Positions 60,323-64,000 of a DNA stretch of 64,000 nucleotides are shown here, one piece after another. The position numbers and the translations under genes are program-made. The number at the start of each line of letters is the position of its first letter. Positions within the stretch are counted from its first letter, which is position 1. A model generated the notes under the pieces. The model worked only from the letters and a program-made list of their open reading frames with translations, ran no database searches and was not told the DNA's origin. This DNA is from an uncultured Thermus sp. GTDB lineage: Bacteria > Deinococcota > Deinococci > Deinococcales > Thermaceae. The stretch covers positions 32,001-96,000 of the forward strand of contig CAMTVD010000004.1 in assembly GCA_947085095.1 (NCBI GenBank), read 5' to 3'.

Positions 60323-60849
60323 CTCCCCTCCCTGAGATCAAACCCGTAGGCCACTTCCCGGAGCCTGGTCCCGGCAAGTTCCAGCTCCCGCTCCCCCAAG
60401 GGCACACCGCCCATGCGCTCGTAAAAGCCCCGTCCCTTAGGGTTCTCCTTGAGAACCCAGACCAGCATCCGCCCGTGGCCCTCTCCCAAGAGCGACCGGG
60501 CCGCCTCGCCGAAGAGAGCCCGCCCCACCCCCCGGCCCTGCCAGGCGGGGAGGACGTAAAGGGCCCAAAGCTCCCCGGCGTAGCCGGGAAAGCCCGAGTT
60601 TCGGTCAGGACCAAAGGCAGCGAAACCCACCACCCCCGCGCCTTCCGCCTCGGCCACGAGAAGCCGCCCGGGCCAGTTGGGGTTGGCAAGACCCCGCGCC
60701 CACCGGGCCCTCTGCTCCTCGTAGGACATCGCCTCCAAAAAGGCCTCCGGGACCACACCCCGGTAGGTGGCCCGCCACGTGTCCACCTGGACCCGGGCCA
60801 CCCCCGGGAGGTCCTCGAGGCGGCTTGGCCTGACCTGCACCATCTGCAC
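60316..60849 (-). CDS. GNAT N-acetyltransferase
   Basis: LYVLPAWQGRGVG, NPKGRGFYERMG; start 60849 or 60843. Confidence 0.88.
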   Translation of the reverse strand: MQMVQVRPSRLEDLPGVARVQVDTWRATYRGVVPEAFLEAMSYEEQRARWARGLANPNWPGRLLVAEAEGAGVVGFAAFGPDRNSGFPGYAGELWALYVLPAWQGRGVGRALFGEAARSLLGEGHGRMLVWVLKENPKGRGFYERMGGVPLGERELELAGTRLREVAYGFDLREGRW

Positions 60850-60903
60850 CCCTCTAGGGAACTTCCAGCGCTCCTCCCTGACGCCAGCCGGGATAGGATG
60901 GCC

Positions 60904-62460
60904 TCATACCCCCCGCTGCACCTCCTCAATGGAGGGCGGGTGGCGGGTGGCCCGGCCCGAGGCCAGTTTGCCGGCGGCGTCCAGGAAGGCCAGGGCGCTG
61001 GCCTCAATGATGTCCGGGGAAACCCCCACCCCCACCGCCTGGAGCTCCCCAAGCCTGAGGCGCACGGTCACTTGGCCCAGGGCCTCGGTGCTCCCGGTGA
61101 CGGCCTCCACCCGGTAGAGCTCCAGCTCGGGCCTGAGGCCGATGGCCTCCTCTATGGCCTTGTAGACCGCGTCCACGGGCCCGTCCCCGGTGTGGGTGGC
61201 CACCTTCTCCCCAGCCGGGGTCTTCACCTTGACCGTGGCCGTGGGCAAGAGGCCGGAACCGGAGAAGAACTGGACGTGGAGGAGTTGGAAGAAGTGGGAG
61301 GCGGGCTCCCGTTCACTCTCCACCAGGGCCTGGAGCTCCTCGGCGGAGAGGGGCCCCTTCTTCTCGGCGATCTCCTTGAAGCGGGCGAAGAGGAGCTTGA
61401 GCTGCTCCTCCGAGAGGCCGCTGTAGCCCAGGTCCTCGAGGGCCTTCTTGAAGGCGGCCCGGCCCGAGTGCTTGCCGAGGACGAGGACGGCGGGCCTCCT
61501 GCCGATGAGCTCCGCGTCCATGATCTCGTAGGTGCCCCGGTGCTTCAGGACCCCGTCCTGGTGGATGCCGGACTCGTGGGCGAAGGCGTTGTCCCCCACG
61601 ATGGCCTTGTTGGGGGGAACGGGCATACCGGTGTAGCGCTCCACCAGCCGGGACACCCGGTAGATCTCCCGGGTGTTGATCTGGGTATAGGCCTTGTAGA
61701 AGTCCCGGCGCACGTAGAGGGCCATGACCACCTCCTCCAAGGAGGTGTTCCCCGCCCGCTCCCCGATGCCGTTTACCGTGCACTCCACCTGCCCGGCCCC
61801 GTTCAGGATTCCCGCCAGGGCGTTGGCCGTGGCCAGGCCCAGATCGTCGTGGGTGTGGGTGGAGATAATGACCTCCCGGCCCCGCACCACCTCGTCCCGG
61901 ATCCTGCGGATCAGGGCCCCGTACTCCTCGGGGGTGCCGTAGCCCGTGGTGTCGGGGATGTTGATGGTGGTGGCCCCGGCCTCAACGGCCACCTCGTAGA
62001 GGCGCTTCACGAAGTCCCAGTCCGCCCGCATCACGTCCTGGGCGGAAAACTCCACGTCGTCCACGTATTTCCTGGCGTAGCGCACCATCTCGTCCGCCAT
62101 GGCCAGGACCTCCTCCTCCGTCTTCCTCAGCATGTGCTCCAGGTGGATCCTGGAGGCGGAGGTGAAGACGTGGATCCGGGGCTTCTCCGCCCTCTCCAGG
62201 GCCTTGGCCGCCTGGTCAATGTCCAGGGTGTGGGTGCGGGCCAAAGCGGCGATGATGGGCCCCCTTACCTCGGTAGCGATGCGCCTCACCGCCTCAAACT
62301 CCATGGGCCCCGATACGGGAAAGCCCGCCTCAATGATGTCCACGTTGAGCCGGGCCAGGGCGTGGGCGATCTCCAGCTTCTGGTCCAAGGAGAGCGCCAC
62401 TCCGGGGCTCTGCTCGCCGTCCCTGAGCGTGGTGTCAAAAATCCGGATCTGCCTTTCCAT
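60904..62460 (-). CDS. leuA: 2-isopropylmalate synthase
   Basis: DTTLRDGEQSPG, HTHDDLG, GIGERAGN, AHESGIHQDG, GKHSG, regulatory domain GDGPVDA. Confidence 0.96.
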   Translation of the reverse strand: MERQIRIFDTTLRDGEQSPGVALSLDQKLEIAHALARLNVDIIEAGFPVSGPMEFEAVRRIATEVRGPIIAALARTHTLDIDQAAKALERAEKPRIHVFTSASRIHLEHMLRKTEEEVLAMADEMVRYARKYVDDVEFSAQDVMRADWDFVKRLYEVAVEAGATTINIPDTTGYGTPEEYGALIRRIRDEVVRGREVIISTHTHDDLGLATANALAGILNGAGQVECTVNGIGERAGNTSLEEVVMALYVRRDFYKAYTQINTREIYRVSRLVERYTGMPVPPNKAIVGDNAFAHESGIHQDGVLKHRGTYEIMDAELIGRRPAVLVLGKHSGRAAFKKALEDLGYSGLSEEQLKLLFARFKEIAEKKGPLSAEELQALVESEREPASHFFQLLHVQFFSGSGLLPTATVKVKTPAGEKVATHTGDGPVDAVYKAIEEAIGLRPELELYRVEAVTGSTEALGQVTVRLRLGELQAVGVGVSPDIIEASALAFLDAAGKLASGRATRHPPSIEEVQRGV

Positions 62461-62977
62461 GCCAATCCTCCCGCAAAAGCCCGTACACGTACACGTCTTC
62501 CCTCTGCCCGTTCTTCAGAACATACCCCCGCAAAAGCCCCTCCCGCAAGAGTCCCGCCTTCTCCAGCACCCGGGCCGAAGCCGGGTTGCGAACAAAGCAC
62601 GTGGCCTCTATTCGCTCCAAACCCAAGGTCCGGAAACCGTAGGCCACCAAGGCCCGGACCGCCTCCGTGGCGTACTCCTGGCCCCAGTAAGGCACCCCCA
62701 CCCAGTACCCCAGGACCCCCCGCCTGTGGGCCCGCTCCACGCTCAGGCCCACCACTCCTACCGGGATATCCCCGCGCCAGAGGCCGAAGTTGTACTCCCA
62801 CCCCTCGGAAAAGCCCCGGGCAGACTCCCGGATGAAGGCCTCCGCCAAGCCCTCAGGGTACGGGTGGGGAACGGCAAGAAGGGTGTCCGCCACCCGTTCA
62901 TCCCCCGCCAAGGCCGCCACCCAGGAGGCATCGGGGAGGGTGAGAGGCCTTAAACGCAGGCGAAGGGTCTGGATCAC
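62435..62977 (-). CDS. RimJ/RimL-type GNAT acetyltransferase
   Basis: TLRLRLRPL, LGYW...YWGQEYATEA, NPASARVLEKAG. Confidence 0.88.
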   Translation of the reverse strand: MIQTLRLRLRPLTLPDASWVAALAGDERVADTLLAVPHPYPEGLAEAFIRESARGFSEGWEYNFGLWRGDIPVGVVGLSVERAHRRGVLGYWVGVPYWGQEYATEAVRALVAYGFRTLGLERIEATCFVRNPASARVLEKAGLLREGLLRGYVLKNGQREDVYVYGLLREDWHGKADPDF

Positions 62978-62978
62978 C

Positions 62979-63992
62979 CTAGCCCACCTCCCCCAGCACC
63001 CGGGCCTTCAGGAAGGGCATCATGGCCCGAAGCCTTGCGCCCACCTCCTCAATGGGGTGGGCCTTCCAGCGCCTGCGGCCCGCCTCCAAAACGGGCTGGC
63101 CCGCCTGGTTTTCCAGCATCCACTCCCGGGCGAACTCCCCGGTCTGGATCTGGCGCAGGATCTCCCGCATGCGCTTTTTGGTCTCCTCCACGGGCACGCT
63201 CAGGTCTCCCCGGGTGTAGTCCCCGTACTCGGCGGTGTTGGAGATGGAGTAGCGCATGCCGGCAAGCCCCGCCTCGTAGATGAGGTCCACGATCAGCTTC
63301 ACCTCGTGGACCGTCTCAAAGTAGGCCATCTCCGGGGGGTAGCCCGCCTCCACCAGGGTCTCAAACCCCGCCTGGATGAGCCGGGTGAGCCCCCCGCAGA
63401 GGACGGCCTGCTCCCCGAAGAGATCCGTCTCCGTCTCGTCCTTGAAGGTGGTGGGGATGACCCCAGCCCGGGCCGCGCCGATGGCCTTGGCGTAGGCGAG
63501 GGCGGTGGGGAAGGCGGCGCCCGAGGCGTCCTGGTGCACGGCCACCAAGGCGGGCACCCCGCTTCCCTTCAGGTACTCCGAGCGCACCAGGTGGCCTGGG
63601 CCCTTGGGGGCCACCATGAAGACGTCCAGGTCCCGCCTGGGCCGGATCTGGCCGAAGTGGATGTTGAAGCCGTGGGCGAAGGCCAAGGCCCCACCTTCCT
63701 TGAGATTGGGTTCAATCTCCTGGCGGTAGACGGCGGCCTGGAGCTCGTCGGGGAGGAGGAGCATGACGATGTCCGCCTCCGCCACGGCCTCCCGGGTGGG
63801 GAGGACCCGAAGCCCCGCCCCTTCCGCCTTGGCCCAGCTCTTGGAGCCGGGGCGGAGGCCCACCCTGACGTCCATCCCCGAGTCCTTGAGGTTCAGGGCG
63901 TGGGCGTGCCCCTGGGAGCCAAAGCCCAGGACCGCCACCTTCTTGCCGGCAAGGAAACCCAGGTCCGCATCGTGCTCGTAGTAGATCTTCAT
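62979..63992 (-). CDS. ilvC: Ketol-acid reductoisomerase
   Basis: [41 protein letters not shown]. Confidence 0.97.
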   Translation of the reverse strand: MKIYYEHDADLGFLAGKKVAVLGFGSQGHAHALNLKDSGMDVRVGLRPGSKSWAKAEGAGLRVLPTREAVAEADIVMLLLPDELQAAVYRQEIEPNLKEGGALAFAHGFNIHFGQIRPRRDLDVFMVAPKGPGHLVRSEYLKGSGVPALVAVHQDASGAAFPTALAYAKAIGAARAGVIPTTFKDETETDLFGEQAVLCGGLTRLIQAGFETLVEAGYPPEMAYFETVHEVKLIVDLIYEAGLAGMRYSISNTAEYGDYTRGDLSVPVEETKKRMREILRQIQTGEFAREWMLENQAGQPVLEAGRRRWKAHPIEEVGARLRAMMPFLKARVLGEVG

Positions 63993-64000
63993 ACCGCCTC

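Noticed and set aside
60475..62835. 786-aa plus-strand ORF
   Set aside because: Antisense shadow of leuA and the GNAT genes caused by GC-rich codon bias; no recognisable motifs

Overview
High-GC chromosomal segment of a Thermus species, judged from close similarity to T. thermophilus proteins and many leaderless promoters. Core genes sit at both ends. Left end: murC(part)-murB-ftsQ-ftsA-ftsZ-ruvC. Right part: DUF72, rimO, rodZ-like, psuG, PBP1A, tRNA-Gln, ychF, deoC, maf-mreCD-mrdA-minC, argFCJ, bshB1, plsY, a split ABC-2 transporter, and ilvC-leuA-cimA. Between them is a ~26.5 kb accessory block (4765-31343) with three modules. (1) A TtrB/TtrA-like Tat-exported molybdoenzyme with no TtrC/NrfD anchor. 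It is followed by two paralogous His-rich membrane proteins, a DOMON protein and a YeeE transporter, and faces a divergent AioX/ArxX-like binding protein + kinase + NreC-like regulator. (2) The LitR(CarH)/LdrP light-regulated carotenoid/photolyase cluster, including an unlisted 59-aa DUF2892-like gene and a DUF523-DUF1722 gene. (3) A four-gene operon resembling a divergent chaperone-usher pilus (major pilin, chaperone, tip pilin, usher-like barrel) directly downstream of a c-di-GMP-II riboswitch. Modules 1 and 3 are the best candidates for undescribed systems. All calls come from reading the sequence and recalled family motifs; no database searches were run.
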